64,000 nucleotides of DNA from Candidatus Nomurabacteria bacterium (GCA_023898625.1 CP060231.1:148258-212257), one strand, 5' to 3'; shown: positions 52,513 through 61,575, numbered from the stretch's first letter. Notes: a model not told the origin generated them from the sequence alone. Made by a program: numbers and translations.

Positions 52513-53535
52513 ATGCATATCAACGATTTTACTTATACATTGCCTAACAAACAAATAGCGATCCATCCACCATTAATACGTGGTAATAGTAAATTACTTA
52601 TTCTAAATAAGAATGATGGAAGTATTGAGCACAGCGAATATAGCAACTTTGATCAATGCATCAATCCAGGAGATGTTATAGTCGTAAATGATACTAGGGT
52701 GATTAAAGCAAGAATTATAGCAAAATGTGGTGCTAAGACGAGAGAATTTGTATTACTTGAGAGGCACTCTAATGCTATTGATGTACACAAATGGAAAGCA
52801 CTACACAAAGGAAAAGTACACGAAGGCGAAATATATCAACTTGGTGATAGTTATATAAAAATAGAACAAGTTCACGACAATGGAATTGCAGACATTAGTT
52901 GCGACGATGACATTATTACAATTTGTAGTAACTATGGCAACGTTCCTCTGCCGCCATACATGCATAGGTCATCCAACAAACAAGATATTGAAAGATATCA
53001 AACAGAGTTTGCAAAGACAGATGGGTCCGTTGCCGCACCAACTGCATCACTAAACTTAACAAATCACCTTATTAGAAGAATAACATCCAAAGGTGGTGTT
53101 GTTGCTTTTATAACGTTACATGTTGGTTTGGGTACCTTTTTGCCTATCAGAACAGAGGTAATAGAACAGCATGAAATGCATAGTGAGTACTTTGAAGTCC
53201 CTTCTAAAACAATTAAATCGATTAATGAAGCAAAAACCCGTAACAACCGAATTTTTGCTGTTGGCACAACTGTAACTAGAACATTAGAATACTTGTATAA
53301 AACGGAGACGCCGAAAGAAAAAGATTATTCTGGAGAAGCAGATATCTTTATATACCCTGGGTACAAATTTGGGGTTGTAGATGCAATGATTACCAATTTT
53401 CATGCACCTAAATCAACGGTTCTGATGATGGCCTCAGCCTTTGCAGGATGGAATAATCTAATGCACGCTTATGAAGTAGCGCTAGCAAACGACTACAAAT
53501 TTTTAAGTTATGGAGACTCGATGTTAATCATCTGA
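52513..53535 (+). CDS. queA: S-adenosylmethionine:tRNA ribosyltransferase-isomerase
   Basis: 340-aa ORF. DFTYTLPNKQIAIHP, VPLPPYM, AAPTASLN, AVGTTVTRTLE and FHAPKSTVLMM blocks. Confidence 0.93.
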   Translation: MHINDFTYTLPNKQIAIHPPLIRGNSKLLILNKNDGSIEHSEYSNFDQCINPGDVIVVNDTRVIKARIIAKCGAKTREFVLLERHSNAIDVHKWKALHKGKVHEGEIYQLGDSYIKIEQVHDNGIADISCDDDIITICSNYGNVPLPPYMHRSSNKQDIERYQTEFAKTDGSVAAPTASLNLTNHLIRRITSKGGVVAFITLHVGLGTFLPIRTEVIEQHEMHSEYFEVPSKTIKSINEAKTRNNRIFAVGTTVTRTLEYLYKTETPKEKDYSGEADIFIYPGYKFGVVDAMITNFHAPKSTVLMMASAFAGWNNLMHAYEVALANDYKFLSYGDSMLII

Positions 53536-53580
53536 CAACTATATAATGCCCAGTCTATAACTCTGTTATTTTGATGTAAC

Positions 53581-54369
53581 TTATGCTCTTTGTCTTCTAG
53601 TTGCGTGTTTGGCTAAAACCACTGCTAAACGACCCAGGGTATATATACCCTGGCCAGAAATGACAGAAACATATTCGCCAGTTTTTGGGTCAAATATTTT
53701 GGGAACTTTTCCCTCACGCTTTCCGTATCTAGTTGTACCGAAAAACGGCGTTGCAACTTCGTTGGCATTTTTTTGTAAAGTACGCGATAGCCCAGAAAGT
53801 TTTGTTGCATCAACAATCTCTCTTACATAGGATTCTGTGCTTTTGTCCTCATCTTTATAGATTCTTAGAGAGTTGCCAGATTTTATTGACAAAAAATGAT
53901 TTTTGCCAACAATTGGACCTACTGATATCTGACCACCCGGTTTTGTGACCATGACCATAGCCTCTGCTACTCGTTCAGCAGGTTCAACATTGTCCAATGA
54001 TAGGTGTGGCATTAACCAATAAGAAAAAACGATATTAAAACTCTCTGCCCCGAATACCTCATCTAGTCTAGTAGCATCTCCAAAAATACACTCTACATTA
54101 TCTGGCGCACCCTGTTCTGCCTCTTTTAGAATATCTGGATCTTGATAGCTAAAATCGAAATTAACCCAACTTATATCAGGCCGTAATTTTGCGACTTCCT
54201 TGCCAAAAGGTGAAGCACCTGCACCGACATCAAGTACTCTTGCGCCCTCTGGGAGCTCTTCTGCAAGCTGGGCGATACTATCATATCCATGCTTACGAGC
54301 CAGCAATTCTGCAGACCTATCGGTAGTAATTGCTTTTTCATATATGTTGCTATTTTTATTATCAATCAT
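53581..54369 (-). CDS. Class I SAM-dependent methyltransferase
   Basis: VLDVGAGASPFG (motif I). ORF 53581..54537 trimmed to MIDNKNSNIYEK because the upstream extension runs through a terminator. Confidence 0.75.
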   Translation of the reverse strand: MIDNKNSNIYEKAITTDRSAELLARKHGYDSIAQLAEELPEGARVLDVGAGASPFGKEVAKLRPDISWVNFDFSYQDPDILKEAEQGAPDNVECIFGDATRLDEVFGAESFNIVFSYWLMPHLSLDNVEPAERVAEAMVMVTKPGGQISVGPIVGKNHFLSIKSGNSLRIYKDEDKSTESYVREIVDATKLSGLSRTLQKNANEVATPFFGTTRYGKREGKVPKIFDPKTGEYVSVISGQGIYTLGRLAVVLAKHATRRQRA

Positions 54370-54521
54370 TATTTTATAATTAAGTTTTACAGTAGTTAAG
54401 CTTATGGCATAGTATAGCTCAACCAGACTCTTTATGCAACCAGATGAACCAATAAATATACAGACCCCTACACTGTTTCTCCCTCCCCCAAGAATATTTG
54501 GTCGGCACACCGTGCCGCCAA

Positions 54522-54546
54522 AGAAAAAACGGCGCATTTGCGCCGC
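54522..54546 (-). terminator. Rho-independent terminator of the tRNA-Pro transcription unit
   Basis: GGCGCA-TT-TGCGCC hairpin (54531-54544), followed on the minus strand by GTTTTTTCTTT. Confidence 0.7.
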
Positions 54547-54568
54547 AATTCTGAAATGAGTCCATTTT

Positions 54569-54717
54569 TGGTCAGGGTAAGAGGACTTGAACCTGCGACC
54601 TCACGGTCACCTCCGGCGACCCCGAAACTTCTGCCTTGACAGCATAGCTGTCAGGTGAAGATTTCCTTGCAAACTGCCACTGGCAGTTCTCACCCCAGCC
54701 GTAAAAGGGGTCCCTAT
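54569..54717 (-). ncRNA. Degenerate tRNA-Pro-like gene carrying the ~95-nt three-hairpin module in its anticodon loop (copy 2)
   Basis: Reverse complement: TAGGGACCCCTTTTACGGCTGGGG-[module]-CCGTGAGGTCGCAGGTTCAAGTCCTCTTACCCTGACCA. The last 26 nt are identical to tRNA-Pro. No D-arm. There is no terminator between it and tRNA-Pro. Confidence 0.45.
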
Positions 54718-54730
54718 GAAAATTTATAAA

Positions 54731-54807
54731 TGGTCAGGGTAAGAGGACTTGAACCTCCGATCTCCGGACCCCCAGCCCGGCGCTTTAGCCAACTAAGCTA
54801 TACCCTG
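54731..54807 (-). tRNA. tRNA-Pro (anticodon GGG), CCA encoded
   Basis: Reverse complement CAGGGTATAGCTTAGTTGGCTAAAGCGCCGGGCTGGGGGTCCGGAGATCGGAGGTTCAAGTCCTCTTACCCTGACCA. Cloverleaf folds, with the C1:G72 pair and G37 typical of tRNA-Pro. Confidence 0.9.
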
Positions 54808-54823
54808 TTATCCATTTATAAAT

Positions 54824-54866
54824 CTTCATGGGATGAATGCGTGCTAGCCAACTGCGCCACACCCTG
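54824..54866 (-). pseudogene. Orphan tRNA 5' fragment (acceptor 5' strand + D-arm + short hairpin)
   Basis: Reverse complement CAGGGTGTGGCGCAGTTGGCTAGCACGCATTCATCCCATGAAG. The acceptor strand could pair with the TACCCTG at 54573-54579. No T-arm or 3' acceptor strand follows. Confidence 0.5.
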
Positions 54867-55038
54867 ATAAGACAAAAGTCAAGCTATCACCCTTGATTAA
54901 TCTGATTTATCTAGGTGGGTCTTCGCACACATAAACCACGATTTATATGATATAAAAATCCCTATCAGATGGTGTTAGATAATCATAGACGGATGATAAC
55001 CTGACAAACAATATTATACCCCTATACCAGCATCCTTT

Positions 55039-55665
55039 CTATAGTAATACTTGAAAGAAAAAATTGTTTAAGTAGTTCACGACTGGAACAAGTAAAGGAA
55101 ATAGCACAAACATGAAGATAAAAATACCAATTAAACCAAAAGATTCAATCTGTTGCATTACCTTTCTTAGTGGATCTGGAGCAAACGCATACAGAACACG
55201 AGATCCATCAAGTGGCGGAAAAGGAATCATATTGAACACAAAAACTGCAATATTTAGCTGAATAAACATACTGCAAAATTGATAAATTGTTGTACCTACT
55301 GCAACACCCGAAAGGCGTATTATAGACACACCAACAATAGCAAGCAAAAAGTTACTTAACGGACCAGCCAGCCCTACAAGTGCCGCCCCGTAGTCACCAT
55401 ACTTAACTCTATACGGATTGAATGGCACTGGTTTTGCGATTAAGAATGGTGGCATTCCGAGCAATAATAAAACTAAAGGTAATATTATTGTTGTAAATGG
55501 ATCTACGTGCTTTAATGGATTTAACGTTAGCCTACCCAAATCTTTTGCTGTTGTATCGCCTAGCCAATGAGAAGCAAAGGCGTGCATTGCTTCATGAAAA
55601 CTCAGAGAAATTATAAGCATGAGCAAGAAAATTAGTATTCCGGATAAACCAAGTTCTGTAAGCAT
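55039..55665 (-). CDS. Site-2 protease family (M50) membrane metalloprotease
   Basis: 208-aa polytopic ORF with HEAMHAFASHWLGD (HExxH within a TM helix) and PLDGSRV. Confidence 0.8.
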   Translation of the reverse strand: MLTELGLSGILIFLLMLIISLSFHEAMHAFASHWLGDTTAKDLGRLTLNPLKHVDPFTTIILPLVLLLLGMPPFLIAKPVPFNPYRVKYGDYGAALVGLAGPLSNFLLAIVGVSIIRLSGVAVGTTIYQFCSMFIQLNIAVFVFNMIPFPPLDGSRVLYAFAPDPLRKVMQQIESFGLIGIFIFMFVLFPLLVPVVNYLNNFFFQVLL

Positions 55666-55704
55666 TATAGATAGAGTATATCAGTTATTCTTCATGAACA
55701 ACAG

Positions 55705-55733
55705 TTGACTTGTAAACAATCATTGTGTACAAT
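55705..55733 (+). promoter_or_regulatory. Sigma-70-like promoter candidate for rpmB
   Basis: TTGACT (55705-55710), 17-nt spacer, TACAAT (55728-55733), 12 nt before the rpmB start. Confidence 0.45.
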
Positions 55734-55744
55734 ATACCCCTGTT

Positions 55745-55963
55745 ATGCAAAAATGTGAATTAACTGGTAAAGGAAAGCAATTTGGAAGCAATATTAGCTT
55801 TTCTCAACGCCATACAAAAAAGGTATGGAAACCCAACCTTCAGACCAAAACATTAATAATTGACGGTAAAAAAGTACGAATGAAACTAAGCACTCAAGCA
55901 ATTAGAACTCTAAAGAAAAAAGGTGTTATTACCAATAGGCACCTGAACCAAGAAGCCAAATAA
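55745..55963 (+). CDS. rpmB: 50S ribosomal protein L28
   Basis: MQKCELTGKGKQFGSNISFSQRHTKKVWKPNLQ.... Confidence 0.93.
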   Translation: MQKCELTGKGKQFGSNISFSQRHTKKVWKPNLQTKTLIIDGKKVRMKLSTQAIRTLKKKGVITNRHLNQEAK

Positions 55964-56025
55964 GATATTCTCGTATAACTCCTTTACTTGTATGCAATTT
56001 GCTTAGTGTATGTATGTAAGAATTA

Positions 56026-56652
56026 TCATTGCCTTTCAAGTATAACTACTTGAGTGCCCTCAAATAAATCACTACCCTTTATCTTGAGTTTTGAGACTGA
56101 CTCTTTAGCCTCCATACCCATGGACTGTAAAACCACACTTAGCTCTTGCTGAGCTACGGGATACTTGATTTGGTCGTCAGCATAATGCACTGGCAATATT
56201 AGCTTTGGTTCTATACTCTTGATAATCTTCAGGGCGCCAACTCCATCCAACGTAAAGCCGTTCCCGCCCACTGGAACAACCATCACATCTATTAAACCTA
56301 TTGATTCGAGTTGATCATCTGACAGTTCCGGGTAAATATGTCCTGTAATCAAAACCCTTATGTCGTCTGCAACTAACTTAAACATGGTTGCAGTTTTTTG
56401 ATTTTCTTCATCCATGTGTGCCCTAGCAGAAATACCCATTATTGATATTTTTGACACCTCGAACTCTCCTGGTTGGTCAATTGTTATCTTCGTATCAACA
56501 TGTGTATCTGCATGAGCACCCGTAAAGATTGCTATATCTCCTGATTTTGTTTGGCTTTTTTTACCAAGCTCTGACAAATTATCATCTACTATTACAACTG
56601 CATCTTTTGTTGATATTCGAACACAATTGCCACCAAAATACTGAAATTCCAT
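56026..56652 (-). CDS. MBL-fold metallo-hydrolase-like protein
   Basis: 208-aa ORF. N-terminal FGGNCVRIS...VVIVDD and later ILPVHY resemble UPF0173-type MBL-fold proteins. The metal motif is degenerate. Confidence 0.6.
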   Translation of the reverse strand: MEFQYFGGNCVRISTKDAVVIVDDNLSELGKKSQTKSGDIAIFTGAHADTHVDTKITIDQPGEFEVSKISIMGISARAHMDEENQKTATMFKLVADDIRVLITGHIYPELSDDQLESIGLIDVMVVPVGGNGFTLDGVGALKIIKSIEPKLILPVHYADDQIKYPVAQQELSVVLQSMGMEAKESVSKLKIKGSDLFEGTQVVILERQ

Positions 56653-56656
56653 TATA

Positions 56657-57262
56657 TTACCTTTCTCTTTTGTTAAAACGGCTATTCTTATCTATTAAAA
56701 TTTGGTTCTTTGACGCCAATAAACTATTTAGAAATCTATCGTTGATCTGTTGCCTGTATTCGAATTCACTCGGCGAAAAAACGGCGTATCTGATATCCTT
56801 GCCTTCTTTGGCTTCTAGCTGAGCTATGTATTTATTAAGCTTCGCCTGACTAACATCACCCACAACCAACATATCAATACCAGAAGATTCGTCTCTGGTA
56901 AATTGACCTGTCAAAATCGCTACTTCTATATTTCCCGTCTTCTTTAATTCTGCAATATCATCGCCACCATGCTCTACTACGTCATCTCTTGATAACTGTA
57001 CCACTGAACCCTTGCCAAAAATACTAGAAAGAGCCCGATAATGCTCATACTTCTGGTTTACCTCGTAATATAAACGATTATTGTTATTATCCGAGGAAAT
57101 TATACCTATACTTAGTAAGTTTGCTAGTTCTCTGCGTACTGAATTTATTTGCTCATCTATCTTTCTAGTTATTTCTCTGACATAGAATGACCTATTCGGG
57201 TTAGATAAAAATAGCTGTAATAGCTTTACTCTAGTTTTAGACCCAAACAATTGTTCAACCAT
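56657..57262 (-). CDS. Winged-helix DNA-binding protein with an uncharacterised C-terminal domain
   Basis: 201-aa ORF. KTRVKLLQLFLSNPNRSFYVREITRKIDEQINSVRRELANLLSIGII is an HTH pattern. Confidence 0.55.
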   Translation of the reverse strand: MVEQLFGSKTRVKLLQLFLSNPNRSFYVREITRKIDEQINSVRRELANLLSIGIISSDNNNNRLYYEVNQKYEHYRALSSIFGKGSVVQLSRDDVVEHGGDDIAELKKTGNIEVAILTGQFTRDESSGIDMLVVGDVSQAKLNKYIAQLEAKEGKDIRYAVFSPSEFEYRQQINDRFLNSLLASKNQILIDKNSRFNKRER

Positions 57263-57291
57263 ATATTAATTGTATCAGAAAAGCATTCAAA

Positions 57292-58071
57292 TTAACGTAA
57301 TAGCGTTGTTACAAGCTCAACAGCCTCACTTTGAGTTTTTATCCAGTGAATACTTTTGTTGCGCTTAAACCAAGTGCGTTGTCTCTTTGCTAGATACATA
57401 TCACCTCTAATATATTCCTCTCTTAGCCTATCGATATCTATTTCTCCATTAATGTATCTCACAAACGTCTTGTAACCAATCCCTGACAAAACATCATTAT
57501 CCGATCCGTACCTATTTAATAGTTCAGAAACCTCATCTATAACACCTCCGTCAAGCATTTCTTCAAACCGTTGAGCTATCCTAGATTTCAACTCTTCTTT
57601 GGATCTAGAAATTCCAATAATTAATGTGTTGTCTCTAATTTCATTTATACAGTCCACCTTGTTATCCGTCTGAGCGTGACGTGGATTAACTAAGCTACGT
57701 ATGTCTGGATTACTATCGAATTGATAGTCAAATACTACCGCATCAATATACAACCCCGAGCCCCCGACCATAATTGGCAATTTACCCCTGTTCGTAATAT
57801 CATTAATTATTTCTTTGGCATCATTCTTAAATCTTAATACTGAATATTTTTCGCCTGGATTGATGATATCAATCAAATGATGCTTTATTTTTTCTTGGTC
57901 TTGCTTAGATGGTTTTGCTGTACCGATATCCATGCCCCTATAGATTGCACGTGAATCAGCCGAAATAATCTCGCCCTTAAATTGTTGTGCTAATGACATC
58001 GCTAAGTCACTTTTACCACTGGCTGTTTCACCAACAATAACAACCAGAGGGCTTAATGTTTTGGCCACCAA
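57292..58071 (-). CDS. miaA: tRNA dimethylallyltransferase
   Basis: 259-aa ORF. P-loop GETASGKS, SADSRAIYRGMDIGTAKP and ...AKRQRTWFK. Confidence 0.9.
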   Translation of the reverse strand: MVAKTLSPLVVIVGETASGKSDLAMSLAQQFKGEIISADSRAIYRGMDIGTAKPSKQDQEKIKHHLIDIINPGEKYSVLRFKNDAKEIINDITNRGKLPIMVGGSGLYIDAVVFDYQFDSNPDIRSLVNPRHAQTDNKVDCINEIRDNTLIIGISRSKEELKSRIAQRFEEMLDGGVIDEVSELLNRYGSDNDVLSGIGYKTFVRYINGEIDIDRLREEYIRGDMYLAKRQRTWFKRNKSIHWIKTQSEAVELVTTLLR

Positions 58072-58367
58072 ATTATCCTTTCAATATCAACCATATAGTT
58101 GTTAACACCATATCCATCCCGCTCAAGTACTTGCTTATGACCAGCCTTACCACCTGGATAACCAGACGCTAAACCACCATTTTTGTTTACTACTCGGTGC
58201 CACGGTAGTGCTGGGTCGCCAAAATGAGCAATTCCACCAACAATTCTTGCGGATCTAGGATTGCCACAGAGACTGGCAATTTGACCATATGTCATAGCTC
58301 TGCCTTTTGGGATTTGAGACACTAGAGATTCTACTTTTTGCCTAAAACTTATTTCTTCAGACATCAA
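58053..58367 (-). CDS. Alkyltransferase-like (ATL/MGMT-family DNA-binding) protein lacking the acceptor cysteine
   Basis: 104-aa ORF. IPKGRAMTYGQIA...LPWHRVVN has PWHR in place of the PCHR active site. Confidence 0.8.
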   Translation of the reverse strand: MMSEEISFRQKVESLVSQIPKGRAMTYGQIASLCGNPRSARIVGGIAHFGDPALPWHRVVNKNGGLASGYPGGKAGHKQVLERDGYGVNNYMVDIERIIWWPKH

Positions 58368-58947
58368 AGTGCCTCAAGACTCCGCCCCAGTTAGAATACC
58401 GAATTACGCCATCTGGCAACGAATTAACCCTATTCCATGGATAGTCACCAAATAATATTCCAGTAATTCCAACCTCAACACATTCTGATACGTGTTTGGT
58501 TGAATCATCAATCAGAGCAATAGCACCAACCTCAAGGCAAACTTCTGCTTTAGTTCTAACCTGGTTCATTGTTGCCTCTGTGCCTACTAATGTTATCTCT
58601 ACAATATTATTAGTAAAATAACGTAACAAATAGTCACGAGTAACCCCTTCAAACTGGGGATGTCTAGCTGTTATTGCCTTAAGGCTATACTCACCACTAA
58701 GCTTAGAAATGGCCGACATAGAATACTCCAAGGGCTCAACACCTCGAAGAACATGATCCATAGACAGAAATTGATGAACTCGATGTACGGTCTCTGGAAC
58801 CGAAACACCTAAAGTATCGTTAAACTCATAACTATTAAAATCATTCCTACTCAAGTTGGTCCCGTATTCTTGATTGTGCCACCTAGAAAACTCATCAACA
58901 AATGGAAACAGTACCTCGTCTATATCAACAGCAATAACTTCTTTCAT
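58357..58947 (-). CDS. HAD-superfamily 5'(3')-deoxyribonucleotidase-like phosphatase
   Basis: 196-aa ORF. IAVDIDEVL (DxDxV/T motif I) and ...ALIDDS... (motif IV). Confidence 0.7.
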   Translation of the reverse strand: MKEVIAVDIDEVLFPFVDEFSRWHNQEYGTNLSRNDFNSYEFNDTLGVSVPETVHRVHQFLSMDHVLRGVEPLEYSMSAISKLSGEYSLKAITARHPQFEGVTRDYLLRYFTNNIVEITLVGTEATMNQVRTKAEVCLEVGAIALIDDSTKHVSECVEVGITGILFGDYPWNRVNSLPDGVIRYSNWGGVLRHFDV

Positions 58948-58992
58948 TATCTGCTAATTATATCAAATAGATTAGCTATTGGGTTTACCTAC

Positions 58993-59283
58993 TTACACTA
59001 ACTTTTGCTTATGTTGCTTATTTTTCTTGTCTATACTTTTTGGTTTTGATTTGTTCCCGATAACCAACAATACAACGCCAACTACAGGCAAAATTGCAAC
59101 TAAACAAAGCATTGTATTGATTATTAACACCTTAACTTCAAAAAATCTAACAACTTGCTGGCCACCTACCGTATTGTTGCCGACCAGCCCATAAATCTGT
59201 ATTAATATTATTGGGATGCCTACAAACAACAATATAGCCATTAACACAAAACAAATTATCCCCAATTTTGTAAATTTATTCAT
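58993..59283 (-). CDS. Hypothetical small membrane protein
   Basis: 96-aa ORF with 2-3 hydrophobic helices. Stop/start is adjacent to thrS. Confidence 0.45.
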   Translation of the reverse strand: MNKFTKLGIICFVLMAILLFVGIPIILIQIYGLVGNNTVGGQQVVRFFEVKVLIINTMLCLVAILPVVGVVLLVIGNKSKPKSIDKKNKQHKQKLV

Positions 59284-59284
59284 T

Positions 59285-61105
59285 CTAGTGCTTGTTTATT
59301 GAATCTTCAACAATACAGTTAAGTAACTCGTTTGTATTTATTGAACTATTATACCTACCTGAAGCTCCCAAATCTTGTCGCACCCTAGGAGTTACTTCGC
59401 CTGAATCTATCTCTTTTTGACCTATCACAATAGATAGTGGAACCTTCTGTAACTCTGACTGACGAATTTTCTTGCCAACAGATTCATTATCGTTATCCAA
59501 ATAAACTCTAACGCCCAATTCTTTAGCTTTATTAACAATGCTCTCAGCAAAATCTACTGTTTCTTTTTCTTGATTAACTGTGATTATTCTAAGCTGTTCA
59601 GGCGCAAGCCAAATAGGAAATCTACCAGCTGTATGCTCAATAAGAATCCCCATAAATCGCTCTAGCGATCCGTAAATAACTCTATGTATGGCTATGGGGG
59701 TTTTTTCTTCTCCGTTATTATTTACATAACTCAAATCAAAACGAATAGGCTGTTGGAAATCTAGTTGTATTGTACCCATTTGCCAAGAACGACCAAGTAC
59801 ATCTTTCATATAAATATCGACTTTTGGACCATAAAATGCACCGTCACCCTCCTCGATACTATATTTCCTACCACTTTCGCTAAGTATTTCTTTAAGAGTA
59901 TTCTCTGCGCTATCCCAAAGCTTTTTCTCTCCCATGTACTTGTCGGGCCTTGTCGCTAGTACAAACGAGTAATCCATGCCAAAAATAGAATAAAATCTTT
60001 CGGTTATTTCAAAAATCCGCTCATATTCTGCTTTTATTTGGTGTTCTTCGACAAAGATATGAGCATCGTCCTGCCTGAATTCACGAACCCGTAGTAAGCC
60101 ATTCAAACTACCTGATAGTTCATTCCGATGCAAAGTATCTGTATCACTTAACCTTAAAGGTAGGTCCCTGTATGAGCGTGGCTTATGTTTATATACCAAC
60201 ATGGCGTTTGGGCAGTTCATTGCTTTGACCCCATATTCGTCATCGCCATCCGATTTTGTTACGAACATATCATCCCAATAATGATCAAAGTGCCCGGAAG
60301 TAACATACAAATCCTTACGGTTCAACAAGGGTGATACTATTTCATTATAATCCCTAACCCTATGTTCTTCCCTCCACCAATTAATCAATTCATTATAAAT
60401 AATCACCCCTTTGGGTAGCCAATATGGCATTCCGGGTGCAGTCTCATGAAAAAAGAACAAATCCAGTTCTTGACCCAATTTACGATGATCGCGCTTTTTA
60501 GCTTCCTCAAGCATATTCAAGTATGTCCTAAGTTCTTTGTCTGTCTTGAATGCAACGCCATAGATACGTTGCATTTGAGGATTATCTTCTTTGCCACGCC
60601 AATATGCACCACTAACACGCATCAATTTAAATGCGCCCACCTTGCCAGTACTGGCTACATGAGGCCCTCGACATAAATCAGTAAAGTCACCATTCCTGTA
60701 AAAAGAGACGCTGTCTATGACAGAATCTTCTCCGGCAATTGTTCCTAGCTCATCTTTATTCAACTCTTTTGCAACTGTGGTTCCGGAACGCTTTAAGTCA
60801 TTCAATAATTCTTGCTTATAAGGTTGCTTGTTATCCTTTGCCCAATCAATTGCTTTATCTACCGGCAATTCGAATTTTTCGAAAGTATCGTTAGCTTCGA
60901 CTATTTTGTGCATTTCTTTTTCTAATGTCGCAAAATCTTCATCAGAGATCTTTATGTTACCCAGGTCAACATCATAGTAAAACCCATTTTCTACAACTGG
61001 GCCTACACCGAATTTGGCATCTGGCCACTTGCCTTTTATCGCTGTAGCCATAATATGCGCTAATGAGTGCCTCATCGCGTATAGTTCGTCTATTTTATCC
61101 TTCAT
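59285..61105 (-). CDS. thrS: Threonyl-tRNA synthetase (no N-terminal TGS domain)
   Basis: Editing-domain MRHSLAHIMA, class II motifs FRNELSGSLNGLLRVREFRQDDAHIF and GAFYGPK. The ATG at 61105 is preferred over the TTG at 61111. Confidence 0.95.
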   Translation of the reverse strand: MKDKIDELYAMRHSLAHIMATAIKGKWPDAKFGVGPVVENGFYYDVDLGNIKISDEDFATLEKEMHKIVEANDTFEKFELPVDKAIDWAKDNKQPYKQELLNDLKRSGTTVAKELNKDELGTIAGEDSVIDSVSFYRNGDFTDLCRGPHVASTGKVGAFKLMRVSGAYWRGKEDNPQMQRIYGVAFKTDKELRTYLNMLEEAKKRDHRKLGQELDLFFFHETAPGMPYWLPKGVIIYNELINWWREEHRVRDYNEIVSPLLNRKDLYVTSGHFDHYWDDMFVTKSDGDDEYGVKAMNCPNAMLVYKHKPRSYRDLPLRLSDTDTLHRNELSGSLNGLLRVREFRQDDAHIFVEEHQIKAEYERIFEITERFYSIFGMDYSFVLATRPDKYMGEKKLWDSAENTLKEILSESGRKYSIEEGDGAFYGPKVDIYMKDVLGRSWQMGTIQLDFQQPIRFDLSYVNNNGEEKTPIAIHRVIYGSLERFMGILIEHTAGRFPIWLAPEQLRIITVNQEKETVDFAESIVNKAKELGVRVYLDNDNESVGKKIRQSELQKVPLSIVIGQKEIDSGEVTPRVRQDLGASGRYNSSINTNELLNCIVEDSINKH

Positions 61106-61437
61106 AATCAATATAATACACCATATTCAACAGAGGTGGAAATAAAAAGTACCGCTTTAATGTTCTCGCAAATACATTCAAACGGTACTAATAAGTGTGT
61201 TTTTTATAACACACCTCGGCAAAAAGCCACCTTACAAATAGATAGTATACATAAGCTAGTATTAAAATGCTAGTACTTTATTATTGTTATAATAACACCG
61301 GGTTTGCATCTGTTTTTTGAACTGTTTGGCGATAAATATGCACGCAACATCAACACTTAATCAGTAAGCTGTAGTGCTTTTGATGGACAGTTTTGCAATT
61401 CCAGACATAGTTGATATATGTTCATCGTTATATTAAA

Positions 61438-61467
61438 ACCAGTCGCCTATCAACTCCGGCGACTGGT
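61438..61467 (-). terminator. Hairpin terminator after tRNA-Val
   Basis: ACCAGTCGCC / GGCGACTGGT 10-bp stem, followed on the minus strand by TTTTAATAT. Confidence 0.6.
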
Positions 61468-61484
61468 TGATGAATTTTCGCAAT

Positions 61485-61561
61485 TGGTGGGCGGTACAGG
61501 ATTCGAACCTGTCACCTCAACAACGTCAATGTTGCGCTCTAGCCAAATGAGCTAACCGCCC
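61485..61561 (-). tRNA. tRNA-Val (anticodon GAC), CCA encoded
   Basis: Reverse complement GGGCGGTTAGCTCATTTGGCTAGAGCGCAACATTGACGTTGTTGAGGTGACAGGTTCGAATCCTGTACCGCCCACCA. Cloverleaf folds. Confidence 0.93.
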
Positions 61562-61575
61562 CACTACTAACTAAC

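Noticed and set aside
54370-54537. N-terminal 56-aa extension of the methyltransferase ORF (MRRFFFGGTVCRPN...).
   Set aside because: The extension runs through the tRNA-Pro-unit terminator hairpin and has non-coding character. The start was reassigned to the ATG at 54369.
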